Source: the human T2T-CHM13v2.0 reference genome, Homo sapiens
Direction: 5' to 3' (one strand)
Assembly (NCBI RefSeq): GCF_009914755.1
Contig: NC_060929.1
Length of the DNA stretch: 64,000 nt
This document shows, in pieces, positions 1 to 11,789 of the stretch. Every line of letters starts with the position of its first letter. The stretch's first letter is position 1. Under the pieces are notes generated by a model that had not been told where the DNA came from, searched no databases, and saw nothing but the letters and a program-made list of their open reading frames with translations. A program made the position numbers and the translations under genes.

Positions 1-260
1 TGCTTTCTGTGAAGTCTTGCTGACCCTGTAAACTTCATCCCAAGTAGTTAACCATGACATTGTTTATTCCAGCATTATAACCTGTTCAGTCCCAACTGTG
101 GCATTCACTACAATGTGAAAGTTCTTTTTGTGTCTATCTTCCTCAATATACTATGTACTCCTTAAGAGAGGTGACTGGGCCTTAATCATGTTTGTGCTTC
201 TGGTACTTAGAAATAGGGGAACACTTGGCACATGATCCTACTCAGTCCATAAGTGAACAT
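1..260 (+). mobile_element. L2 LINE 3' end fragment
   Basis: Degenerate L2 tail (ctccttaagagagg...acttggcacatgatcctactca). Confidence 0.5.
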
Positions 261-1649
261 ATTAATTTGGACCTTTAGAATTTTCTCCTTTTATTTCTGG
301 AAAATGTTAGCACTATGGTGAAGACAAAAATGGTGTGTTGTTTTAAGCAACAAGAATTCAACAGGCTCTTGTTTCCAGAAATCCTAATTCAGACTATGAA
401 AAAAAAAAACCATTTAGCAAAAAATCCCACAAAACTCTAGAAACAACTGAGAAGTGGGTGGAGGGAGCTCCCCTGTGCATCAGCGGGCTAAGGATTCCCA
501 TACTCTAGAAGTCAGACAGTTTCCAAAGCTGCATGAGGGCCTCTGATGATGTGGTTCCAAACTGTCAGCAGATATTAATCTTCAGGATTCAGGAATGATA
601 AATCAGAATGCTGAAATAATGTTTTTCTATATTTATCACAATATTTTATGTGTTTTTTTAAATAAGCAAGAAATATTAAGTTTAGTAGTATTTATAAAGA
701 CATGCAGCCTAGAGCAAAAATTCAAACACTGTGAACTGTCATCCAACATTATTGGGTAGTACTCAATTAACATAACATTTGGATCTTCTAACAAGTTAAC
801 AGTACTGCCCAGAATCACATGTTGATATTATCAAATTGAAGACTTACTTTGCTATAAAACAATTCTTTGGAACCCCACTCAGAGGATTTTTATAAAATAT
901 AGTATTGAAACAAATCTATTCACATTCATCTTATTTACAAGAACAACTCTCCATGAGTGGCTGACAGGACTATAAGCACAATCTTTTAAGATGGCAACAG
1001 CTACAAGCAAGATGGACTGCCCAGGTCATAACCCCTCTCTTCAAGGTGCTCCTGTCCTGGTTCCTGGGAATGTCAACCTTAACCTTCAACTCCGCACGTC
1101 AGTGTTTCCCACTCTTGCTTTAGACAGGACCCCACTAAGATATCCCCACCCTCACCAACCCATACCCTGTGACCTCCCCCACAGGGGACACCAAGGGAGT
1201 CCTTGAAGACATCAATGTGACCCAGCATTTCACTTGACCATGGCATAATGGGGCCATAGCCAGGGCCGACAGCAAGCAGGTGGCAAGACAGAGTAATTTT
1301 TTTTTAGCAATAAATACATGTACAGGTGTAAATTTCCTGACATAATCCTGCTGAATGAAATTCAACAATCTGTGTCAAAAATATTTTAATAATGGGGAAA
1401 GTAGCTGCTAAAAACGTGTAGAATTGCTGACTTTTTCTTTCAGTCACTGAAGGAGGGCCATTCATTTTACTCAGTACACTCTGCCATCTACCATGTTTGT
1501 ATAACTTTAGATAAAACTGTTTTCGCTCTGCATATGAACAGCTGCTGAAGGAGTAAAGCAATTCCAGATAATGAAGACCAGCAGCAGCAGTCAACTTGTT
1601 TCGTGTGGCTACTACATGCCGGTCTAATTGCCCTGAACGCATCTCCCTG

Positions 1650-1760
1650 ATTCCTCACACATAGCAACTACTCTGAGGGTAAATGCTATTAATAAACCCA
1701 TTTTACAGATCGAAAAAATAAGGCATACATAACCAGTCCTAGTAACTGGACCTTCTTTTC
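1650..1760 (-). mobile_element. MIR SINE fragment
   Basis: MIR core cccattttacagat...aaggca. Confidence 0.65.
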
Positions 1761-4227
1761 TGTCCTGTCTTTGTTCTCTTATCACATCTCTAAGACAGAG
1801 ACCTGTCAGCTCAAAGGGATGAAGAATCCACCAGAGAATGATCCCTCTCCAATAATAAGAGTGTTTGTTTCCTGGCACAGAAGGATTACATGCATTTTAC
1901 TTTCATGTTACTATCAAATCGCCTATTCAAAAATAATGAATTTGTTTGCCAAATCAAAACTAATTGCTTCTAAAGCAGATAGTTAACATAGTGGCTATTT
2001 TGAACCAGAGACAAAATAATGAATGTTAATTGAAATGAAAAACATGTTAACCATTGAAATAATCTGTCATGTAAAACGATGCTATAATTCCTCTGTTGTT
2101 AGGGTTATTTGAGTCATTATACTAAGTCATAAAATTACACAGGAAGAGCATAATGGCCTGTGTCATTTACAAAAGCAGCTCTGATGAAAGAGACTCCCAC
2201 GAGAGAGATTTTCCATCGTGGGGTATGTGGGCTCACGTGTCTCCCTCCTGTTCCAAATGAAGAAGATCCCAGACGTGAAAGCATGTCCAAAGAGTCCAGT
2301 TTTCCTAACAAGGCAAAGAGAACTGAAGAGAGTGACTCCTGTGTGCCTGAGGGTGTCCCAAGCACTACTGGGCACGCAATGGTGCAAAAGACTTGCTGTT
2401 TACAGAAGCTGAAATTTAAAAGGACAAATATGTAATAATAACAATAACAGCAGCTAAACATTTACTGAGCTGCCTTATAAGCGGCCTTATTATGCCACTG
2501 CTGCTACTACTGCTGTTACTACTACCCATAATAGCTCACATGTGTCCAGCTCCTTTAACATACCAGGCATTGTTTCAAGCCCTTTATTTGATCTGTCCAT
2601 CTCCTCCTCTCAACATTCCCAAGAGGAAGAAAAGTCAAGGAAGAGCAAGAGAATCTGTTAGGGAGGTGGTGAGTTGGGGAGATTTCATGGGAAAGCAGAC
2701 GTGGGGCAATGGGAAGGACCCATACCCACAAGATAAGCCCTCAGCATCAGGGTGGAGGGCATCCATTGATTCAAGCTGGGAGGTCAACCACAGGAATACC
2801 AGCACCTTTATGTGCTTCACCCCGTCTTGCTTGGCCCAGATAACGAGAGCCAGGGTCACCACACATCCAGGTCAAGACTTGCTCATATCAGGAGAGACAA
2901 GCAGGCCCCAGAAGAAGTAGAGAGCCATCATCCCAGGGCATGCTTTCCAAACCAGCCCCAAGCCAGGTTTCTTAAGCACCTTCAAAACTCCTAGGAAAAG
3001 TGCATATTTAAAAAGTCTTAGAGCATAATCAGGCCCACCAGAAGGATATGTGTCTGGTATGCATGCAATTCCAAAAGCATGAACATCTCTCTGGTGTACC
3101 CGAATGTTGAACTCTAGACTGTGGTTCATTTCAACTTGGGACTCCACGATGTACCTCTCACCTGGACTGCACAATGGCCAAGGCAGCTGAGGAGAATCTA
3201 TTCTTCATAGATGAGAGGATTGAACAGCCTCAAATGAGAATTTCCAAAAACACTGCATGAGTAGGTGCAAATAAATTGAAAATGAGTAAAGAGGCACACA
3301 CCAAATGTGTAACACACCCTCAAGAAAAGTAGGATTGAGGACATGAAACAGAACTGCTGCTTTGTTACTCTATATGCCTTTCTATTGCTCAATTCTCTTG
3401 CGACCATGTATCACTGATCTAAATTGTTCAAAATCTAAAAAGGAAATGCATTTTCAAAATTTCTAAAGAAATACATGCTGCTGGACTCACACCTGCCCGC
3501 CAGTCTCGCATTTCTACAGCAATGCTTAAAGAAACCAAAGTTGTCACAGTCAGAGAAAGATCTCCCAAGTGCAGGAAGGAGGCTGAAGAAAGGAGTTACC
3601 TAGATAAAATCTTCCTGACCAGTCCTCAAAAGTTCAGTGGAGATGAAGAGGTGAGATCAATCCTATCTGAATTAAATTTCCACCTTAATATTTTGAGGGC
3701 CTGTTTAAGCTAAGCTATCAAAGCTGAAGGTATAAACATTCCAAATGTGTTAGGATTCTACAGTCTTTACTTTTTCAACAAACACTTATTAATTACCTAG
3801 AATGAGCCAGAAATTGAGCAACAAATTCAAAGATACTGCTAGCACTGCATTAAATGTACGTCCCATAACATACATTAAATGGGATGATTATTAAACATAA
3901 TGATCATATTTAATTTCTCTGAACAGCTAAATTTATTCAGAAAAGATGTTACCTTAACTGTTTTTGCTCTTATTCTTATTTTGAGACATTAAAGATCCAC
4001 AGACTGATAACTTTTCCAACAAAATATTTATGTGGCAAGACATTTGCTATTAATTTCAGGAATCCCATGAGCCAGGCTATATTTAAATATGCCAGGAGCA
4101 AATTATGTGGCCAATGGGAAAACAGTAAGAAGAAAATGAACTTGCCAGATCACAATCCATATCTCTGGTGATTCACACACTTTGGAACATTACTTGAATC
4201 AACGTTTCCCTGTAAGTGAAACCAAAT

Positions 4228-4646
4228 TTATATATAATATATTTAAATATATAATTTGTATTATTATATATTATATATAATATATTCTATATTACATAGA
4301 ACATTATTCTTTATTACATATAGTGACATTAATTATATATAATATATAAAATTATATATTATATATTTGGTTTCCATATATATTTATAAAACAGGGATAC
4401 CAGTATTCCTGGACATCATATAAGTGTGTGTGTATGTATTTTATATACATATATAAAATAGGGATACTAATATCCTTATTATCCCTATTAGTAGTATCCT
4501 TATTATCCCTATTATTATATTTTATAAATATTTGGTTTTAAATATATAATATATAATTATATATAATTATTAGTATATGTTATTATATGTCATATATAAT
4601 ACTGTTATTATATAACAGTATTATATATGATTATATATATATATAT
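4228..4646. repeat. AT-rich/(TA)n low-complexity tract with internal inverted and direct repeats
   Basis: Almost pure A/T with interspersed short unique segments; see findings. Confidence 0.9.
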
Positions 4647-4921
4647 GATGTCCAAGGATACTAGTCAAACCTACTTCCAGCATTAAACTCACAATATCCT
4701 CCATGTTTCCTGACCAGATCATGAAGACTAATAGGATGACGTGACCACGTAAAGTCTACTAACTGGTATGAGACTGCAGTCTGCACTTTCCATTAAGAGA
4801 GTGACAGAGCACACCCAGTAACACTAAGGGTATCTGTGAGGCAGACACCAGTGGGGTTTTACCTCAAAGTTCAGTTGTTGAACAAGCAAGGCCCCTGAGG
4901 CCTGCATGCAAAAGCAGTTAT

Positions 4922-4933
4922 ACACACACACAC

Positions 4934-4966
<33 letters not shown>
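4922..4966 (+). repeat. (CA)n microsatellite
   Basis: About 22 CA units with one CG interruption. Confidence 0.97.
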
Positions 4967-4969
<3 letters not shown>

Positions 4970-6477
4970 GCACTCTCAGGCTCTGACTAAAATTCTGCTT
5001 TGCCAAGGAAAAGTGCCAAGCAGCAGTGTAATTGCAAGCTATTAGGGAAATGTAAACGAACAGTTGAGCTTTTTTTATTCCCTTAGGATAATAGTTAGTG
5101 ATGCACTCTGTTTTAAAAATCCATTTCTTACTAACAAGGGTCAGAAAAGAAATTGTTCCTTTTGTCCACTGACCTTTGGCATTTTGGTTTGATTTATTGT
5201 TTTGCTACTTTACTTTTTTCATTGGCCCATTAAAGAGAGGTCCATCTCTATCCCTGAGACCTTAGAGGAAATCTTTAGCAATGGACACACCAATTGGAAA
5301 AAAGCAAATACTCATCAAGCAAACCCACGGCTGAGAACTTCATTTGGTATCTCCTGCCTGAGCATTCATAATCCTCCTTCTTCACAGGAGGGGCCAGAGC
5401 AGCTGGGAAAGCACAGATTCCAGCTAATTGTAGGCTCAGGTGTGCATACAAAGGCTGGCACAAGCACATGTCATTCCACCATCAGCTTCGCTGTTCTAAT
5501 CTTGGAAAACACTTGCTTACATTCCTTGAGGGCAATTAATTATCATGGGATGTGCCCATGGGAAAGAAAACACCTGTAATTGTTTTCTGGTCACCAGCAG
5601 CAAAGCCCCCTGTTCTGGGAGGGCTGGGTGTGATTGCCATTAAGAAGGAGCAAGTCAGTAAAATGAAGCAGAAGTGGCTTCAGGGACATGATGCCAGGAC
5701 AGACACAGAGACAGGCTAGATCCTGATTGAGACATGGCATGTGAGGAGCTTAGGCTGAACACCATTCCCCATAAGACATTAGTGGTGGGTCATTCACAAA
5801 AGCGCTACAGGAGGCTGGTACAGCCAGATCCGCACCATTACTTATCCCCTGCTCAAGAAGTTTCTTCACAGTCAGTGTTGGAGGAGAGGAGACGGAGCCC
5901 CAGAGAAGCTCCTTCTCTCCTATGTGGCCCTGACTGGTAGGACATTTTCTGGATTGGTAGTCAAGAACTCTGGCTAGCTCCCCAGGCCTTGTGTTTTCTC
6001 CAGCACTTGTCTTCTGCTGGTATGCCCCATCCGTTCCCAAAGGTGAGCTCAAGTAGCAGCCCTCTCTGAGAAGGTCTCAGATAGCCTCCACCTCCACACA
6101 CATTTGCCCCGTGTTCCCAGCCACTCAAACATAGCTGTTTATCACTGGCCACTTTGGGCAATACAGTTGGTACTCAACTGCCCCTCTTGTACAGACAAGA
6201 TGCTCAAAATTGTGTCAGCACAGGGAGTAGTAAGCCAATGTGTCCCAATGCTATTCCACAGCAGAACCAGACAGAACCTATTCTACCTAGACCGTGTTGA
6301 AGTTATCAAGAAAAAGCCTTTTGACTCAACCTAAGGAAGATAACCCAAACATGACATAAGAGCTGTCCACACAGGAAAGCTACCTCAGAAAGTTGGTAGG
6401 CAGGCTCGCAATACTGCAAGAGTTCAAGCAGAAATCACCTAGAGGAAGGGGATGTTTCCATTTATTTAACCTTGTCA

Positions 6478-6600
6478 TCACTGAACATCCTGAATCACAC
6501 TGAACATCCCTGTATATAAACCTGTATGTGAATGTCTATTTACTTCCATGAGATAGATCCACAAAAATGGAATCAAAGAATCAAGGGGGTCAAAATACCC
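6478..6600 (-). mobile_element. Old L1 (L1M) 3' fragment
   Basis: Minus strand ttgaccccttgattc...ggatctatctcatggaagtaaat...tatacagggatgttcagtg resembles the L1M ORF2-end/3' UTR. Confidence 0.5.
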
Positions 6601-6871
6601 ACCAGAAATGTTGCACCAATTTGTACCCCCAATGCCAGCACCCTGAAGGAGCACAACTTCATCACCCCAAGCCTCTGCTCTGCCTATTTCTACCAGGTAT
6701 TGCTCTGAGAACCGCTCTGATGCAAAGGATTTGGAACCACCACCGAAGAACTGTAGGTAATCACAGAGCCATAAAGAACAACAAGCCAACTTTCCACGTA
6801 CCACAAGACGAAGAAAATGGTGCAAGGAGAAACTGCTCAAGTTGGAGACCAGGTAGACTGGCAGGAAATCA

Positions 6872-6913
6872 CATATTTCAATTAGTTTGCAGCATATTTC
6901 AATTAGTTTGCAG
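6872..6913 (+). repeat. Perfect 21-bp tandem duplication
   Basis: catatttcaattagtttgcag x2. Confidence 0.95.
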
Positions 6914-7874
6914 GTGTATCCTGGGCTCCCACATGGCAGAGAGCAGCAGCTGCAGGCCTGAGCCCCTCTCAGGGTTGAGCAGCTCACCACCCAGCCCCTC
7001 TTCTCTGTGCTTCTCCCCAGGACATAAAGCGAACCCCTGAGGATGCTGCCTGCTGCCTCCCCAGGCTTACTTCTGGCTGAGTGCGCAACACAGGCCTCAG
7101 GCAGCCCTGTTGCCTCCTATTCTGAAGGGCAACATGGGTGAATCCTGTGGACCAAGGGGAGAGGAATCAGACCTTAGAGAGAAGAGATTCTGGAGCCTAC
7201 AAGCCTCATGGCTGAGGCAGTCCTTAAGGATAAACCTAGGCCAGGCATGGAAGAGCCTCAGGGCTCAGGACCAGTGAAGAGCCATGCAGGCCCTCATCGA
7301 GACAGTCAGCAGTGTGCACACTCAATACCTGTCTCTCTCCTTTTTTACTTCCTTAAGGCAGATCCAAGGCCATTCTGCAGCACTCTGAAGAACACAGAAC
7401 TGCAGGTCTGAGAGACTCCTGGGGCCACTGGGATGGATGACATCCTCTCACCACCAAGGCCAAGCCTGCAGCTGCAGAGGAGAGCTGACTTTAGATGTGT
7501 GTAGTCACTTTGCACAAAGAGAGGAAGACAAAGAGAGAAGGCCCTAAATAAGCAGGCTACCAGGTCGGGCAGGGTGCAGAGTCTAGTTATGTTGCTCTTT
7601 CTCAAGAACAGGGCCACTTTCACAGCAGATTGACACATTACCTCCAGTTTCCCTGGGGAGTTTCATAGACACATTCTGAGTATTTTCTGTGTATCCAGGA
7701 ATGTGGTAGGTTCTATGCAGCAAACAAAAGGAAATGGAATATACTCACTTCCCTCATGGTATTAATAGCACTAACTCTTACTGTAAGCATCACTTTGCAA
7801 CTCGGCTGACCTAACACAGCTTCCATTAAGTGCACCAGCTTGGCCCTGTACCCCCAGCTCCTTTCTTGATTTAA

Positions 7875-8000
7875 CTGATTCATTCATCCATTAAACATGC
7901 CATGAACACCTGCAGTGTGCCAAGGCCTGAGCTAGGCACAAGGGATACAAGAGTGAACTAGTCATGCCCGCCTATGGCTGACACTCCAGAGGGAATCTGG
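7875..8000 (-). mobile_element. L2 3' end fragment
   Basis: ttcattcatccattaaacat...aacacctgcagtgtgccaaggcctgagctaggc. Confidence 0.6.
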
Positions 8001-8681
8001 GCATTGCAAGTGAGTGGTAAGAGCAAAACAAGCAGTGGAGTGTTCATTCAGCCAGTAGAGAAAGCAACAACTGCTGTAGATCAAATGTCTGTGTCTCCCC
8101 AAAAATCCATATATCAAAATCTTAACCTCTAAGATGATGGTATTAGGAGGTGGGGCCTTTGGCAGGGGTAATTAGGTCATTAACTCACCTCTCAAAGGGA
8201 TTAGTGCCCTTATAAAAGAGACCACAGAGAGCTGGCTAGCTGTTCCCACAATGTGAGGACACAATGAAAAAATGTCCTAGTGAAAAGGGACTCTCACCAG
8301 ACAGAGTCTGCCAGTGCCTTGACCTGGAACTTCCTAGCCTTCAGAACTATGAGAAATACATTTCTGTTGTTTATCAGGCAGTTTATGGTATTTTTGCATA
8401 GCAGCCCCAAACACGATAAGATGGAAAATTGGTACTGAGAAGTGGGGTGCTGCAGTGACAAGTACCTAAAAATGTAAAAGCAGCTTTGAAACAGGGCAAT
8501 GGACAGAGGCTGGACGAGTCTGAATGTGCATGCTGGCAAGAGCCTAGATTGTCATGAAAGGATCTTTATGGCTATTCTGGTGAGCACCCAGAAAGAAAAG
8601 GAGAGAGCTATAGAGAAAGCTTTGATCGCCTTAGAGAATACCTAAGTAATCCTGAACACAATATTGGTAGAAATTGGATAG

Positions 8682-9098
8682 TAATATAGTTGGAATATCT
8701 GTCCCCTCCAAATCTCAAGTTTGATCCCCAGTGTTGCAGGTGGAGCCTAATGTAAGCTGTTTGGGTCATGGAGCAAATCCCTCATGAATGGCTGGCTGGG
8801 TGCCATTCTCACTGTAATAATTGAGTGTTGAGTTCTTGCTCTTTTCATGTCCATGAGAAATAATTGTTAAAAAGAGCCTGGGACCTCCCTCCTCTTTCTC
8901 TCTTGCTTTCACCCTTGCCATGTGATGCTGCTCCTCTTTGCCTTCCACCATGAGTGGATGCTTCCTGAAGTCCTCATCAGAAGCAGATGCTGCACCATGC
9001 TTCTTGTACAGCCTGCAGAACCATGAGCCAAATATATATCTTTTCTTTATAAATTACCCAGCCTCAGGTGTTCCTTCATAGCAACACAAACATATTAA
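8682..9098 (+). mobile_element. MST-family (MSTB-like) solo LTR nested in MLT1A-int
   Basis: tgtcccctccaaatctc...gaagcagatgctgcaccatgcttcttgtacagcctgcagaaccatgagccaaat...aaattacccagcctcagg; probable TSD GATAG. Confidence 0.85.
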
Positions 9099-9165
9099 GA
9101 TAGCAAAGGCTATTCTGATGAGGACTCAGACATAAATGAGGAATATATTATTAGAAACTACAGGA

Positions 9166-9446
9166 GATCAGGCACAGTTGCTCACACCTATAATCCCAGC
9201 ACTTTGGGAGGCCAAAGCGGGTGGATCACCTGAGGTCAGGAGTTCGAGACCAGCCTGTACAACATGGAGAAACTCCATCTCTACTAAAAATACAAAATTA
9301 GCCAGGCATGGTGGTGCATGCCTGTAATCCAAGCTACTCGGGAGGCTGAGGCAGGGGAATCACTTGAACCCAGGAGGCGGAGGCTGCAGTGAGCTGAGAT
9401 CACACCAGTCTGGGCAACAAGAACGAAACTCCATCTCAAAAAATAA
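9166..9446 (+). mobile_element. AluS (Sp/Sq-like) nested in MLT1A-int
   Basis: Dimeric Alu; TSD agaaacta(c/g)agga at 9153-9165 and 9447-9459. Confidence 0.95.
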
Positions 9447-11789
9447 AGAAACTAGAGGAAAGGCCACTTTTGTTAGAAAGTTGTAAGAAACTTGGCTGAA
9501 TTGTGTTCATGTCCTAGTGTCTGTGGAAGGTAGAACTTGCAAACAACTAAACTGGATATTTGGCTGAGGAAATATCAAAGCACAGTGTTCAAGAAGTGGC
9601 CTGGCTCCTCCTGATTGCTTACAGTAAAATGACTCAAAGATGAGATTGTTCATCAACAGGGAGGCAGAACTTAAGGATTTAGAAAGTTCTCAGCCTATTC
9701 ATATTGTAAAGAATGAGAAAACATGATCTAGAGAGAATGCCAAGGGTGTGGTAAAGTGACAATGTATAAAGGAGATTAGTATGGGTCAGCCATCGCAACA
9801 GAAGCCAGGTGCTATTCAAGACAATGGTGAGATTAGTCAGTGACCTAAACAAAAGCCAAGAGCTATCATCAAAGACAAGGAAAGAGCAATTCAGAAATCA
9901 TCAGGGCTGCTCTACCCATCACAGGCCCAGAGTACAAGAGCCACAGTGAGTACTATGAGGCCACCACAGAAAGACCACATTAGGGCAATGCCCACCTACT
10001 CCAGCAGCTCCATACCAGCAGAGCTACCAGTGTATGATTCCAGCCCAAGAGAGCTATGGTTGCAAGAACCAGAGACACTGTAGGGGGACAGGGCTGCCTG
10101 GAGCCATCAGGGGCCCAAACCCTGCTAGGCAAAGCCATGGGGGCAACACAGCCATCTCAATGGGTCCAGAAGGTGAGACTCTCACTCCAGTGGGTCTGGC
10201 AGGCAGTACCCCTACCCCAGTGGGTCTGGAAGGGAGTAGCTCTGCCCAGTGGGCCTGAAGGGCAGAATATAAAGTCACAAAAGATTATTCTTGAATGTTA
10301 AGGTTTACTACTATTTGCCGTTTTGAAGTTTTGACTTACTTGGGGCCTGTTATCCCTTTCTTCTTTCCTATTTCTCTCTTTTGGGATGGGAATCCTATAC
10401 CTATCCCACAATTATATTTTGGAACCACATAACATGTTGGTTTCACAGGTTCACAGCTGGAGAGCAATTTGCCTCAGGATGAACAGTATCTTGAATCTCA
10501 TTCCTACTGGATTTAGATGATATTTAGATGAGAGTTTGGACTTAAGACTTTAAAGTTGATGTTGGAATGAATTAAGACGTTTATGGCTATTGAGATAGAA
10601 TGAGTGTATTTTGCATATGAAAAGGACATGAATTTAATGGGCGTCAGAGGAAGAATGCTATGGACAATGTTTGTGTCTCCCCAAAATTACTATGTTGAAA
10701 CCTAATCCCCAATGTGAGGGTATTTGGAGGTGAAGCCTTTGGACAGTAATTAGGTCATGAAAGTGGAGACCTCATGAATGGAATTGGTGACCTCATAAAA
10801 GAGGGCCCGTAGATATTCCTGGCTGCTTCTGCCATGTGAAAACACAGCAAAAAGACAGCTGTCTATGAAACAGGAAGTAGGTCCTCACCAGACACAGAAT
10901 CTGCCAGTACCCTGACCTTGGATTTTCGAGCCTCCAGAACTGTAAGAAATAAATTTGTTTATAAGCTGCCCAGTCTATAGTATCGTCTTATAGCAACCCA
11001 AATGGACTAAGATAACAACTGACATTAAACCCAGAACATTAAAAATAGCAGGACGCTTTGCACATATGATCCTGAAAACCTCTGTGAGATTAGCAAGGAT
11101 TGTTCCCCCATCTGATTGTTCCCTGAGGAACTAGAGGCTCAGATGAAAGACTAAATTTATTGAGTGCCTACTATGTACTGGTACTAAGCTCACTGCTTTC
11201 CTTATAAAAATACCATAATGTGGGGTTTAAAGTAATCATTTTAGAAGGAAATGGAGATTCGGTGCAGGAAGCAGCTTGAGGGCAGAGTGGCTCTTACACA
11301 GAAGATGGGTTTGGGGCAGCACTGCCCTGGTCCCCCAGCTGTGCCATTTAACAGGTGTCAACATTAAGCATGTCCCAATGGGTCTGAGCCAGTGTCCTCA
11401 TATGCTCTTAAACACTAGTAAATACTAATAAACACTACTAAGTAATGCTCCTTATCTGAGTTCAACCCTCCCCCAACCCCAACTGTAGCTGGAAGTGCTT
11501 TCTTCCTTCTTAGAGCTTCCACTTTATTTCATGGGATTTTCTATCTTCTAGATTAGATTATACACATTCACATTCTTAACCTCCTCTACTAGTCTACAAG
11601 CTCAATGAGGATATCGTTAGGATTTCTAATGCACACAGAACCCTCTAGATTCTCTCAAGTGGTACAAAAGTCTGCTTTAAAGAACAAGAATTTAAGGAAA
11701 TACAGTCCACCCTAAACCACACAATTCTATCACTCTCCAACTGAAAGCCACACAAAACATCCCATCATACCTGGTCTGAGAGCTGCGCA

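Larger units (their letters stand above)
8072..11014 (+). mobile_element. Two-LTR MaLR provirus, MLT1A-type (LTR about 8072-8423, internal region, LTR 10656-11014)
   Basis: Two similar LTRs starting tgct(g/a)t..., MLT1-int starting gaaaattggtactgagaagtgggg, purine-rich stretch before the 3' LTR, and 5-bp TSD ACAAC at 8067-8071 and 11015-11019. Confidence 0.9.

Noticed and set aside
2492-2920. 142-aa ORF starting MPLLLLLLLLLP, resembling a signal peptide
   Set aside because: The Leu run comes from a degenerate CTG/CTA microsatellite; antisense to SPOCK1, with no recognisable domain or splice structure
6478-7040. Overlapping 170-aa (-) and 157-aa (+) ORFs
   Set aside because: They span an L1 remnant and a 21-bp duplication; no family resemblance, and the length is attainable by chance
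10157-10262. CRISPR-like repeat-spacer appearance (also 26088-26155, 39209-39257)
   Set aside because: Eukaryotic DNA; units are degenerate tandem duplications without unique spacers or cas genes
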